A stretch of DNA of 64,000 nt from Yuukianura sp. NJ FZ-2021. Taxonomy: Eukaryota. The notes under the pieces are model-generated. The model ran no database searches and had not been told where the DNA came from. It worked only from the letters and a program-made list of their open reading frames with translations. Location of the stretch: contig JAJCTO010000010.1 in the NCBI GenBank assembly GCA_046563655.1, positions 682,001 through 746,000 of the forward strand, given 5' to 3'. Positions 50,301 to 63,356 of this stretch are shown here, one piece after another (position 1 is the first letter of the stretch; every line of letters begins with the position of its first letter). A program made the translations under genes and the position numbers.

Positions 50301-51420
50301 TAACAAAAACTGTTGTGGAGATTTACAACGACTCAGCAAAAGGCTAAGGGTGTTGAAAACAATGCTAAAATTTTTCCAGTATTTTGAATCATTTGAATAG
50401 ATTTCGTATCAATGGATTCAGAGCAACTTATTAGAATGCTGATGCAAAATTTTGTAAACTCTGCAATTGAATGCTTAAATGACGCAGTATTATGTTTCGA
50501 GTCGTAAATTTGGCCCCGTTAGCAATGAGAGGGATACCGCCGAAAATATCGCTTTTCATATATTGTATGAGACGCATTGAAAAAGTTTTGTATAGAAATA
50601 GCATAACAGTTGTGCTAGACCTAACAAAAACTGTTGTGGAGATTTACAACGACTCAGCAAAAAGCTTAGGGTGTTGAAAACAATGCTAAAATTTTTCCAG
50701 TATTTTGAATCATTTGAATAGATTTCGTATCAATGGATTGCAAAACAACTTAGCAGAATGCTGATGCAAAATATTGTAAACCCTGCAATTGAATGCTTAA
50801 ATGACGCAGTAGTATGTTTCGAGTCGTAAATTTGGCCCCGTTAGCAATGAGAGGGATACCGCCGAAAATATCGCTTTTCATATATTGTATGAGACGCATT
50901 GAAAAAAGTTTTGTATAGAAATGGCATAACAGTTGTGCTAGACCTAACAAAAACTGTTGTGGAGATTTACAACGACTCAGCAAAAAGCTAAGGGTGTTGA
51001 AAACAATGCTAAAATTTTTCCAATATTTTGAGGCAATTGAATAGATTTCGTATCAATGGATTGCAAAACAACTTAGCAGAATGCTGATGCAAAATATTGT
51101 AAACCCTGCAATTGAATGCTTAAATGACGCAGTAGTATGTTTCGAGTCGTAAATTTGGCCCCGTTAGCAATGAGAGGGATACCGCCGAAAATATCGCTTT
51201 TCATATATTGTATGAGACGCATTGAAAAAAGTTTTGTATTGAAATGGCATAACAGTTGTGCTAGACCTAACAAAAACTGTTGTGGAGATTTACAACGACT
51301 CAGCAAAAAGCTTAGGGTGTTGAAAACAATGCTAAAATTTTTCCAGTATTTTGAATCATTTGAATAGATTTCGTATCAATGGATTGCAAAACAACTTAGC
51401 AGAATGCTGATGCAAAATAT
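47366..51420. repeat. 322/323-bp satellite segment (~12.5 monomers)
   Basis: Tandem monomers ending at GCAAAATAT. Confidence 0.99.
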
Positions 51421-54291
51421 TGTTGTTTGTTGCTCTGGATGGTTTTGTGACTTGCTCTTGGTTGACTTTCAAAGTTGTTGAAAATACCAAACAAGATTAT
51501 GATTAATTACTTATTAGGATTCATGATTTGTTCTATATGACTAATTAAGGTCTAGGACTTCTTACTACGTAAGGAACAGGAATTGGTCGCCTACAATTAA
51601 TTAGGTTGTTAATACAAGGTTATTCTTTGTACAGTTTGTTAGAACCAGGAACCAGGAAAATAGTTATAAGGTCAGTTCTGACGCACACTCTAGGAAGAAT
51701 AACGTTTTAGTTAATGTCACTAGGAAATGACTAGTGCTAAGTCTAGGTCACTAGGTTAGTATAAATACTGGTTACCTAGATTATTAGAATCAGTAGTGCC
51801 TCGTGGAATTTTGGTGTAACAACTTTATTTGTTATAAATAAAACTCTCAGAAAATCCAAGTTCAGTTGTGTAGTTTGTGTGGCGTTTATTAAATAATTTC
51901 AAAACGTTATCAGCACGAACTCCGTGAGAAGAACTTTCTCCAAACCGAGAAGACGCAATGAATCCCTCTGCCAACACAACGACAACTGTAGTAGCAACCG
52001 GTGAGACGGTGACCAGTTATCATTTTCTAAATAAGAAATTTGATACTGATTCAATTGCAAAATTGAATGACGACAACTACATAACTTGGAAGTTGAGACT
52101 TGAAAGTCTCTTTCGTGCCCATGACATTCTTGGGGTAGTCCAAGGGACTACGCCCAGACCAGCAACAGCTGGCACGGATCAAAGTCGATGGGACAAGCAG
52201 AACAATGAGGCCATTACCTGCATGTACTTGTGCATCAAGGACAAAGAGTTGAGCACAATAGCAGGTTGTGGTACGGCTTCTGAAGCGTGGAAGAAATTAG
52301 CTACAATTCATCAAGACGTGAGTGGTGAATCAAAGGGACTCCTGTGGCAGAAATTATACAATGTGAAAACAAGCCAAGACAAAAGTGCCCTTCAAGCTAT
52401 GATCGAGATTCAAAACATTGCCGTGCAGTTGAGGTCACTTGGCTCAACTGTGGACGAGGAATCAGAGGTGTCTCGCATCATCACAAGCTTAGATGACAGC
52501 AAGTACAGAAACTTCAAGGAGGCATGGAGATCCGTGGAAAACACGAAAAGAACCACTGGGAATCTCCTCTCAAGACTCAAGGCTCTTGACCTAGAACAAA
52601 CCACAACCACAGAAAAGAAGAATGATGAGTCAGCATCACGGTCTTTTTAGTCCAACGAAGGAAGAGGTGGAAAATTTAAAAGTCAGAGGGACAAAACAAA
52701 TGATGTTTGCCGCCTTTGCCACCAAAAAGGCCATTGGGCCAAAAATTGTGGTTTAACGCTAAATCCAAGACAAGTCAGCACTGTTCGGCCTCAAGGAAAG
52801 AAAATAAACAGATACACGGGAACATGGAAAAGAGATCCAAATTACAAACCGCATGAGCAGTCTAACAGGGACAAAAATGCTTACATGGCATGGCAAAGCG
52901 ATGACCTCGCGGACCAATGGATCAACGACTCCGGTTCGGATCAGCACTACTGCGGAAACCGAGAATGGTTTTCGGATTTTACGGTTTATGAAGAACCGAA
53001 GCGGATTTCCATGGCGAATAATTCGACCAGTTTTGCCTTAGGCTTTGGCTCAGTGAAAGTCAACGCTTTGAGACAAGGCAGATGGGGAATCATCGAACTA
53101 CAAAATGTGGATTACGTTCCACAATCTCGTGTCAGAAAACGTCCTTCTGGAGAAAGGATTTGAAGTGATCAAAAATCGTTATGGGGACATAACGTTTTAC
53201 TACAACAATGAACCAGACATTGAAGCTGTCAGAAAAGATGGGCTTCAAATTATGAAGTTTAAACCCATAAGCAACCATGCGTTCACTTGCATTAAGGAAG
53301 TCACATGGCACAAGCGCCTTGCACACATCAATGGAGAATATTTGAAATTGACCCAAGAGAAAGAAGCAGCCACTGGCTTGGAGAAAATGAAAGAAGAGGA
53401 CTTCACTTGCAATTCATGCATTCTTGGGAAATCCAAGCGACAAGGCTACAAATCCAGTAAAAGTGAAAGCAATTTCAAAGTTGGCGAATGTCTACATTTG
53501 GATCTGGGATACGCTAATACGACCTCAAAACGGGGCAACAAATACTTTTTGGTAACCAAAGACCAAGAAAGTAATTTTAGACAAGTCTATGCCCAGAAGA
53601 CAAAAGATGAGACCGTGCGGAACATCAAGGATGCCGTGCACTTTATCGCCAATCAAACCGGAAACCACGTCAAGGTCATCAGAAGTGACAATGGGACGGA
53701 GATCGTCCATGAGGAATTAAAACAATTTTTCTCCCGAAAAGGAATTCAGTTAGGGACAAACGCTCCCTATTCCAGTGAAAGCAACGGCTTCATAGAACGG
53801 GATATCAGGACGATCCAGGACGCATCCCGCACGATGCTGATTGAAGCAAATCTGAATGAAAGTTTTTGGGAAGATTCTGTTAAAACAGCAGTCTACTTGC
53901 TCAACAGGACTTTGTCCTCCAGAAACAAAACAAAAACTCCATTTGAAATGGTGTTTGGAAATATTCCAAAATTGTATCACGTCAAGAGTTTTGGATGTGA
54001 AGCTTTCGCCCACAAAATGGTAAATGTCAACAAATGGGAAGAGAAAGCTACAAAATGTATCCTGGTTGAATACAATTCCGCAAACGATTTGTACCGATTG
54101 TACAACAAAGAGAAAGGTGTTTACTTTGAACAAACTAAACACGTCGTTTTTACCGAAAACGTTGAACGACACAACGCTGCTGACATCTTACAAGAAGACA
54201 TTGCAACAGTGCAGAAACTGTCAACTCATGTTGAATCTACGGAAGTGAAAGCAGACACAGATGCAAATAAGATTCGTCTGCGAAAATCGTC
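51421..54291 (+). mobile_element. Ty1/Copia retrotransposon, 5' part, interrupted by a BEL element
   Basis: LTR TGTTG.. 51421-~51904 with TATAAA and AATAAA; PBS 51905-51918; gag-PR-IN order; RT not within the window. Confidence 0.92.
51958..54291 (+). pseudogene. gag-pol: Copia gag-pol, disrupted
   Basis: KLNDDNYITWK, CRLCHQKGHWAKNC, WINDSGSDQH, WHKRLAH..CNSC, RSDNGTE, SNGFIER. In-frame TAG at 52648, frameshift near 53120, cut at 54291. Confidence 0.92.
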
Positions 54292-55030
54292 TGTAGAATA
54301 TGGCGCTAAAAAACTACCCGTTCTTTACGTCACATCAATGGGAGTTCTGTAACTTGGCCGGCTCTCAAACGCTGCTTAAATGGACTGATCGTTCGGGCTG
54401 TGGTGGATGTTAGTTTTACTAGTTTATTAGTATTCTTTACCAATTAAATCCAATTAATGACAACTTAGAACTTAACTTATGTGTTGTCTCTTCAAAGTCT
54501 GAATCTTGTCTTTTTTCTTACTTATTACTTATGCCTATGCTTATGGGAACACACACAAGGAGGGAGAGGAGAAAACACAGAATAGCCGAAGGCCAGACGC
54601 CAGACGCTAACGTCGCACCCTATCTCCACCCACTACTCAGAAACGCGACTTGTGGCGAAGCTATAACTTATAGGAAACACTCTAAATACTTAAACCTATA
54701 GGCCCACAAAGTCTCATAAAAAACGGACCTTTCGTTTCAAAGGGCGGGAAACTTAAAGTTATGCTTAACTAAAAATAGAAATAACCCAATTATCCTACAT
54801 TTACTCCCACCTTTGCCTTTAGTGCTAACTAAAGGGAAAGTCAAAAATTAAAAATCAAAACAAAACGTTATGGCTTAGCACCATCAACAAAGGTGAAAGT
54901 GCCTTAAGTTAAAAAATAACCAAAACACTTAACCTAAAATAAATCAATGAAAATGAAAACAAAACCAAAACTTAAACTCTAAAATTAAAACTGAAATCAA
55001 ATCTTAAAATTAACACTTAGCTAAATGATC

Positions 55031-55714
55031 TCACTGTCCATAGCGAATCGGTTTCCGAATGGTCCGTCCGCTTCTCGTAGTCTTCTGTTCTGGTTCTGCA
55101 GTGATGACCTCGTCTTCGTCCTGACACGGCAGGCACTCACAATAAGTGTCGCTGTCGCTGTCAACTGCAGAATCGTTGTCGATGACGTTGGAACTCTCGG
55201 CTGTCTTGACACTGGCGCTCTCGGTTGTCTTGACTGGTGGTTCCGGTATCTCGTCATGTCTCAATTCCAATGGCACGAGTCGTTGGATGGGACGTAGTAG
55301 CTCTCCATTCTTGGTTTTCAATCTGGCTACCCGAATTTCTCCATCCTTCCCAGGAAGCAGCTCCAGAATCCTCCCCATTGGACAGAAAATACTCTTCTTA
55401 TTATCCACTTCGATGAGCACGATTTCTCCAATGCTGAAAGTCCTGGTCTTCTGTTCCTTGCCCCGTTGGACTAACTGACCCAAGTACTCAGTTCGAAAAC
55501 GCTGTTTCACTTCCTGCAGTAACTGGTCCAGCCACTTCTTTTCTTGTCCAAGGGTCTTCTGCATGATCAGTTGAGCCTCCGGCACTTCACAACTTGGTAG
55601 ATTATGGATGAACATTGCCGGGGTCAATGGTACAAAGTCATCTTGGTCTTCTGTGACATACGTCAATGGTCTGTGGTTCACCGCAACTTCCACTTGGCAC
55701 AAGGCTGTTTCCAA
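55031..55714 (-). pseudogene. pol: Outer BEL integrase C-terminal part
   Basis: EVAVNHRPLTY, LTPAMF, RFRTEYL, GKDGEIRVARL, RPIQRLVPLE. Confidence 0.9.
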
Positions 55715-55715
55715 T

Positions 55716-58700
55716 TGAAGAACGCTGGATGGAATGCCAGATTCTGAACACTGAACGGTTGTGTATTAGTAATTGATTTATTTATTTAATAATAAAACTT
55801 GAAACCTAACATTACTCTACTAATTGAAGTGTGATTAAAATGAGAACTGAAAAGTGAACTTTTCTCAATGAACTTGTCGCATATGTTAATTTCCTTTGCT
55901 TGCTTACGAAGTTCCTCATCGTCTTCGCAATTCATGTAAATCTCATGCCTAATCAAACCCAACTTAGACTCAAAGTTCTCAAGTTTCTTACGTTCGATGG
56001 CTACAGCAGCCCCTGTGACTGCAGTTGAGGAAGTCCCAAGTTCCTCTATTTTCATATGGAAATACTGGAGGTCAAGACCAAATCCTTTGAGTACCTTCCC
56101 AGTTTCTTCATTGCTTCTGTTTCTGTAGACGGAAGTACGCTAATGCTGGTCCCTGCTGCTCCAACTCCTGCAACAGCCTTAGGTGTCCCAGTATCATCGC
56201 TCTTGTCCGCCATCTTGGATATACTTGCTGCCTTGACCTTTGACCTCGTTCCTGACGCCGTGGTTACGGTACTATGGGCACTCAAGTCCACTCACTTTCA
56301 GTTCAATGTCCAAATCGGTTCGTCATCCTTTGTGTAACAGGCAGTCGAATTGATTATGACTCACTGTAACCGTCTTTCGGCACCATGAAGAATGTTGGAT
56401 GGAATGCCAGATTCTGAACACTGAACGGTTGTGTATTAATTGATTTATTTATTTAATAATAAAACTTGAAACCTAACATTACTCTACTAATTGAAATGTG
56501 ATTAAAATGAGAACTGAAAAGTGACAAGTGACAGGTGAGAATCTATGTGTAAGTTGCTGCCTCTGCAAAGGCTAGTAGACGACTCTCTTCTTGTGGTGTA
56601 TCTTTTCTGTAGTAAAAAGAGGGAGAGATTCTACCTTATGGAAAGTGTTGACTTTTGAGGACGCTCTACTGTACTTACTCTAGTGCGCAACTCAGTAGTA
56701 CAATGATAGTATTTTCACAATAAAAGTAGACGCTAACCCTTTCTTTTTGATTCTATTCTCCACTCAAGTGGATCAACATTAACCCTTTGATTACATCTTA
56801 ATTTCACCTAATTTCAGTCTCTTCTCTTCTCCTCTCATGCGAGGCAAACTAACTTTCAATTTCACTTACTTCTAAACCCAATTCATTTGATATTAAAATT
56901 ATTCTTATTCCCTTTTGGGATACTTCTAGTATTCTCAACACTGGCCTCCGATGTGAATCACGGATTCAAATCCCAAAATCAAAACAAAGTGCATAAGTGC
57001 AAAAATGAAATCAAAAGTGATTGTACTTCACACATACAAGGGCAGAGTAGGGAAGTGAACCATCAACTGACCTCGGTGACCTGAGGGGTGGACTAAGTCC
57101 CTCGCCTGGGAGCGGGCAGGCCAGTCTTTGCTTGACCTGGTCAGCATCCAATTCACTAGGAAACACAGGTCACATACAATCACGATCACTTCTGATTTGC
57201 ATATAAAAATTAAAGTGAAAATTACTCGAACGGCCAATGTTAAAAATTCCTAGTTTCCTTAAACTAGTACAAACCTAACTACTCACGTTAAATTTGATTA
57301 AAATTGAAACCTTAATTACTAAATTGAATCGTAAAGCTTACACTAAGTATTAATTGAGTAAAATCCTAAACTTACAAATCCTCTTTGTCTAATAATTTGC
57401 AGATTCTTACGACTGGACGTTTGTAGACATGTTCCTTCTGTTTGATGATTTCACCCTTGTGATTTAGCTCAGCTGACTTCCAAGTAACTTCCACAGTACG
57501 AACAAGCCCATCTTCACCAGGAAATACAGCTGAAATCCTTGCTAATTTCCAATTCAGAGGCGGAGTATCTTCATCTTTTATCAGCACGAGATCTCCGATT
57601 TTCAAATTGTCATCTTTGGTCTTCCATTTGTTCCTCTGTTGGAGTGTATTTACGTATTCTGCGCTCCAGCGCTTCCAAAAATGTTGAGTCATCTGCTGGA
57701 CTCTCTGCCAACGGGAAAGACGGTTCTCTCGAATTTCTCGTAGATCCAGTTCTGGAATTGACATCAGAGGCTTCCCAATGAGAAAATGGCCTGGAGTTAG
57801 TGCCTCGTAGTCTCCTGGATCCTGGCTCTTAGCACAAATCGGACGAGAATTGAGAACAGCTTCCACTGAAGTCAGCAGTGTGTAGTACTCCTCCAGGGTC
57901 AATGTAGTTGTTCCCACGACCCTCTTAATGTGGTATTTGGCAGACTTCACGCCTGCTTCCCAGATTCCTCCCATGTGGGGTGCATCAGGTGGATTCAGAT
58001 GCCACTGAATTCCCTGAAACGACAAAAAATCAAATACTTTAGAATTTGAAATAATTGAGTGCCACTCCTTTAACTCATTAGCAGCACCAACAAAATTAGA
58101 CCCACAATCAGAATAAATATTAGTACTCAGGCCCCTCCTGGAAATGAATCTTTTTAGTGTGGCTATAAAAGCCTCCGTAGTAAGATCAGTCACCGGCTCG
58201 AGGTGAACTGCTTTAGTGGTGAAACATACGAAGATGCAAAAATAGGCATTGAATTGTCGTTTCCCACGGCCGTATTTTTCTTGGAGCTTAGTCGGTCCAG
58301 CATAGTCAACTCCACAGTGACTGAATGGTGACGAAGGAGTGACTCTGGCCTTGGGCAGGCTACCCATTAGTTGTTCTGTGACTTTTGCCTTCATTCTTTT
58401 GCAACGAAAGCAGCTCCGAATCATGTTCCGAATGGCCACTCGGGCACGACTGATCCAAAATATTCTCGACAGATTGGACCAGAGCAATTGGTAATTGGCA
58501 TGATGAAACTTACGGTGGTAGTCCATGATGATTAATTGTGTTAAGTAATGATGTCCACTGATGATTATTTGGTGTTTCTGCTCATCTGGAGCTTCCGAAT
58601 TCTGGAGTCTGCCTCCAACTCTCAGTACACCTTCTTGATCTAAAAACGGATTTAGTGAACTTATGGAGCTACTCTTACCAATTGGTTTCCCCTTCTGTAG

Positions 58701-61700
58701 TAATGTGATCTCTTCCCAAAAATCATCCCATTGGGCGGATCTGACACAAACCGTGAATGCAGAGTGAGTTTCTGCTACCGTTAAGTCTCCGGTGTGACTT
58801 TGGCCTAACTTCTTGTTCCTGCAATTGAAAATAAATCTTGTGGCATATGCCACTGCACGATTAAGCCTCATGAGGATTGAAAACCTCAACATGAAATTTA
58901 GTTCCACAATTGACAAACCAACTTTTACCTTTCGTAATTCTAGGTCAGGAGGCTCACTCACCTTGCCCCCTGGCTCAAAATTAGGTAGAATTACGTCACT
59001 TAACCATAGTGGTCCCTTCCACCAAAATGATGAACTGGCTAAATCATCTGCACAGATTCCTCTAGTGCCAAGATCAGCCGGATTTTCTATTCCTGGTACG
59101 AAATTCCAGGATTCAACTGGTAGTACTTCCTGTATTTCAGCAACTCGGTTCGCAACGAATGTGACGAAACGACGAGATGAATTCCGAATCCATTTCAGAA
59201 CAGTTTCACTGTCTGACCAAGCTGAAATAGAACATTTTAGATTAAGTGATTCCATTACCTTGGGAATCAACCTTGACAGCAGAAGTGCCCCACACAGTTC
59301 CAATCTTGGGAGACTGACTTGCTTGGCAGGAGCCACTTTCGTTTTCGCTGCTGCTAAGTTCGTAGAAATTGATCCGTCTGGGAAAGTACATCTGATGTAT
59401 ACAGCAGCACAGTAGGCATGTTCAGACGAATCCGGAAAACCATGTACTTCTACTTGGCTGGCTCCACCTAATCCTAAGAATCTGGGGATTTTAATCAATT
59501 TAATTTTAGTTAACCCGTCAATGTACTCTCTCCACGGCTGTTGTAATTCTGTTGGGATTTCATCATCCCATTTTAGCTTCTGACCCCTGTGATCATGCTC
59601 CCATAATTCCTGAAAATAAATCTTAATTGTCACAGTTAGAGGACTTAAAAATCCTAGAGGATCAAAAACACGAGAAATGTTAGACAAAATGATTCTTTTG
59701 GTTAGAATCCCAATTGGCTGAGGTGAGAATCCACGGAAGTGGAATTCATCGCCATTCGAATCCCAGCATACGCCTAAGACCCTGTCCACGTCAAGGTCAC
59801 TGAATTGATCATTTTTGCCTCTTCTGTCCTCAGGAACATCTTTAAGTGCCTCTTTTGAGTTGGAGTCGAATTATGATATTTCCAAGCATCCAAGGCTTAG
59901 AGTACTGCTCAAGTCAGTTATCAACTGACTGGCCTCCGTTGAAGTATCAACTGCTGTTAATAGATCATCAACATAAAAATCATTTTTGATTACCTCAGCT
60001 GCTCGTGGGAATTTAAGTCCCTCATCTTCAGCAAGTTGATTTAAGCATCTGACAGCATGAAAAGGTGCTGAACTTGTGCCATAGGTGACTGTAGTCAATC
60101 GGATTTCTTGAATTTCATCTTTCGGACTGTCTCTCCAGAGAATCCGTTGTTTGTCTTGGTCCAATGGATGAACCAGAAACTGACGGTACATTTTGACTAT
60201 GTCCGCCTTTAGAGCAATGGCTTTTGACCTGAAATTTAGCAAATGTGAAAATATGTCCTTTTGTACGGTCGGACCGACCATTAGACATTTGTTAAGCGAT
60301 ATTCCATTGCTCGTTTCTGCAGAGACGTCGAATACGACTCTCAATTTGGTAGTGGAGCTGGTGTCCTTGAGCACAAAGTGATGTGGCAAATAATTGGTTA
60401 CTCCCATCACCTCACCTGCCCCCAACTTGGGAACCTGGACCATGTGAACAAGTTCAACATAATTACTCATGAACTTACGGTACTCGACCTTGTGTTCAGG
60501 ATGTTTTTCTAATCTCCGTTCAATTCCGTACAGCCGTCTCAGGGCTATTTCTCGGGATGAACCTAAATTTTGGCAATTCTGTTTAAATGGCAACTTGACA
60601 ACATACCTTCCGTCATCATTCCTGGAGTGAGTGGCTACAAAATGCGCCTCGGCGGCTTTCTCCTCTGTTGTCAGTGGCTGATGGTGTGGGACATTCTCCA
60701 ATTCCCAAAATTTCTGCAAAATCTGATTAGTCTCCACTAAAGCGTGGTTCACACTCACCACACGGCCTGGTTTGACTGGACCGGAAATTACCCAACCGAG
60801 TTCTGTTTCTTCTGCTACTGGATGATTAAGGTCTCCTTGAACCTTTTTACCAGTTTTGAGCCGAGCCACGAATTCTCCTCCAATCAAAATGTCAATGTCA
60901 TTTGGTTTGTAGAATTCCGGATCGGCCAACTCCAATTCGTCCAGAAATGTCCAATCACTCGGATTAATTTGAAATGACGGCAATGTACCTGTTACTTTGG
61001 GTAAAATCAAAGCATTAACAGTGAACTTATAATTTTTTGCCATTGACTCAATTTGGAATGACGTTTCCCCAAGTGCCCTTTGCACCATGGCTCCAGAAAT
61101 CCCTGTGATTCTGACGTCAGTTCCACGACGATTCAAACCTAAAAATTTCACACATCGTTCTGAAATGAAATTAGATTCCGAACCTTGATCGAGTAGGACT
61201 CGACAACTTTGAAGATCTCCAAGGGAATTTTGCACATTGACAATGGTTGTGGCTAAAACAACCCGTGCGCCTGCGCAATGATTGGCTGCAGTAGAAGTTC
61301 CCTGTTGAGCTTCCGACCTTGGTTGACTTTCCGTCTTTGGTTGTGGTTTCTCACGATGGAGAAGTGTATTGTGCTTCTTCTTACACTTGCCACAAGTGAA
61401 AGGAGCACGACAATTTTCTGCAGTATGCGCCGGCCTTAAACAATTCAAACAAAGTTTATTAGTTCGGACATATTTTTCTCTTTGATCTTGAGGCATGGCC
61501 CCAAATTCTGGACATTTGAACAATCCATGCTCTCCAGAACACTTAAGACATGGCTTTGGGTGACTGCCTGACACAGTGTGCACCTTCCTTTCCTTGTTTT
61601 TGTCAACCGCCTTCTGACTGTCAGTACGCGGCTTATCACCAGAAGTGACAGTGAGTGATCTTAAATGATCCTCCAGGAAGTCCTTGACCTCCGAAAATGC

Positions 61701-63356
61701 GGGCATGCTCGTCCCTTTGAAGTTCTTTGTCCATTCTTTTTTCGTTTCTGGAGAAAGTTTTTCTAAAATGAGAAAAATTAGTATGGAATCCCATTGATCC
61801 ACAGGCTCCTTCAGAACCTGCAATTGTCTAATGGACATGTTAAAGACATCCAATAATTTACGCAAAGATTGAGGAGTCTCTTGCGCAATTGGTTTGAAGT
61901 TAACCATTTTTTGCAAAAATGCAAATGTAATTTGGCGAGGGTTTTCATAACGCTCCTTTAACGTCTCCCAAGCCTCCTCGAATGATCCATTGCTGAGGTC
62001 AAAGTACTTCAATGTTTCCTCTGCCTCTCCTTTTAGGGTTGGTTGTAGATAACCTAATTTCTGGCTTCCTGAAAGAGAAGCATTATTCACAACATAGGTA
62101 AGCATTAAGTCCCTGTAACTTAACCATTCCTCGTATTTTCCGTTGAATGTAGGCAACTCCAACTTGGGCATGTTCACCTTCATTTGACTGGTTTGGCTCT
62201 GTCCCCCTGTGGTGCAGACTCCAGCCTTGGACTCAATGGAAATTAGCTTTGAACTAATTTTCTCAATGAACTTGTCGCATATGTTAATTTCCTTTGCTTG
62301 CTTACGAAGTTCCTCATCGTCTTCGCAATTCATGTAAATCTCATGCCTAATCAAACCCAACTTAGACTCAAAGTTCTCAAGTTTCTTACGTTCGATGGCT
62401 ACAGCAGCCCCTGTGACTGCAGTTGAGGAAGTCCCAAGTTCCTCTATTTTCATATGGAAATACTGGAGGTCAAGACCAAATCCTTTGAGTACCTTCCCAG
62501 TTTCTTCATTGCTTCTGTTTCTGTAGACGGAAGTACGCTAATGCTGGTCCCTGCTGCTCCAACTCCTGCAACAGCCTTAGGTGTCCCAGTATCATCGCTC
62601 TTGTCCGCCATCTTGGATATACTTGCTGCCTTGACCTTTGACCTCGTTCCTGACGCCGTGGTTACGGTACTATGGGCACTCAAGTCCACTCACTTTCAGT
62701 TCAATGTCCAAATCGGTTCGTCATCCTTTGTGTAACAGGCAGTCGAATTGATTATGACTCACTGTAACCGTCTTTCGGCACCATGAAGAATGTTGGATGG
62801 AATGCCAGATTCTGAACACTGAACGGTTGTGTATTAATTGATTTATTTATTTAATAATAAAACTTGAAACCTAACATTACTCTACTAATTGAAATGTGAT
62901 TAAAATGAGAACTGAAAAGTGACAAGTGACAGGTGAGAATCTATGTGTAAGTTGCTGCTTCTGCAAAAGCTACTACAAGACTCTCTTCTTATGGTGTATC
63001 TTTTCTGTAGTAAAAAGAGGGAGAGATTCTACCTTATGGAAAGTGTTGACTTTTGAGGACGCTCTACTGTACTTACTCTAGTGCGCAACTCAGTAGTACA
63101 ATGATAGTATTTTCACAATAAAAGTAGACGCTAACCCTTTCTTTTTGATTCTATTCTCCACTCAAGTGGATCAACATTAACCCTTTGATTACATCTTAAT
63201 TTCACCTAATTTCAGTCTCTTCTCTTCTCCTCTCATGCGAGGCAAACTAACTTCTAAGTTAAACTAACTTTCAATTTCACTTACTTCTAAACCCAATTCA
63301 TTTGATATTAAAATTATTCTTATTCCCTTTTGGGATACTTCTAAGTATTCTCAACA
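55716..63356 (-). mobile_element. Inner BEL/Pao retrotransposon with tandem 3-LTR structure
   Basis: CCAAT 5-bp TSD. LTRs 62784-63356, 56386-56940 and partial 55716-~55855. PBS TGGTGCCGAAA (tRNA-His-like) twice; 55860-56385 duplicates the gag start. Confidence 0.93.
57372..62689 (-). pseudogene. gag-pol: Inner BEL gag-pol with one frameshift (~62450) and one in-frame stop (59871)
   Basis: LPTFNGKYEEW, three Cys/His knuckles, LLDQGSE protease, FYVDD RT, SLPRLELCGA RNase H, GVDYAGP/YSDCGSNF/GGIWE integrase. The reading frame continues across the TAA (ISxFDSNS). Confidence 0.93.

Noticed and set aside
10850..51306. Dozens of 76-77 aa ORFs (MLSRCKSPQQ...) as a tandem gene family
   Set aside because: They start at TTG, are often broken by single-base indels and show no gene signals; they are the satellite monomer read on the minus strand.
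10668..51420. CRISPR array
   Set aside because: No unique spacers, a 322-bp unit, no cas genes, and a eukaryotic context.
10668..51420. 5S rRNA, tRNA or snRNA gene array, or a CENP-B box in the monomer
   Set aside because: I recognise no such RNA sequence or Pol III boxes, and the CENP-B box core TTCG....A..CGGG is not present.
52648..52650. Programmed stop readthrough in Copia gag
   Set aside because: The stop lies before the zinc knuckle and the element has other lesions; a nonsense mutation is the simpler explanation.
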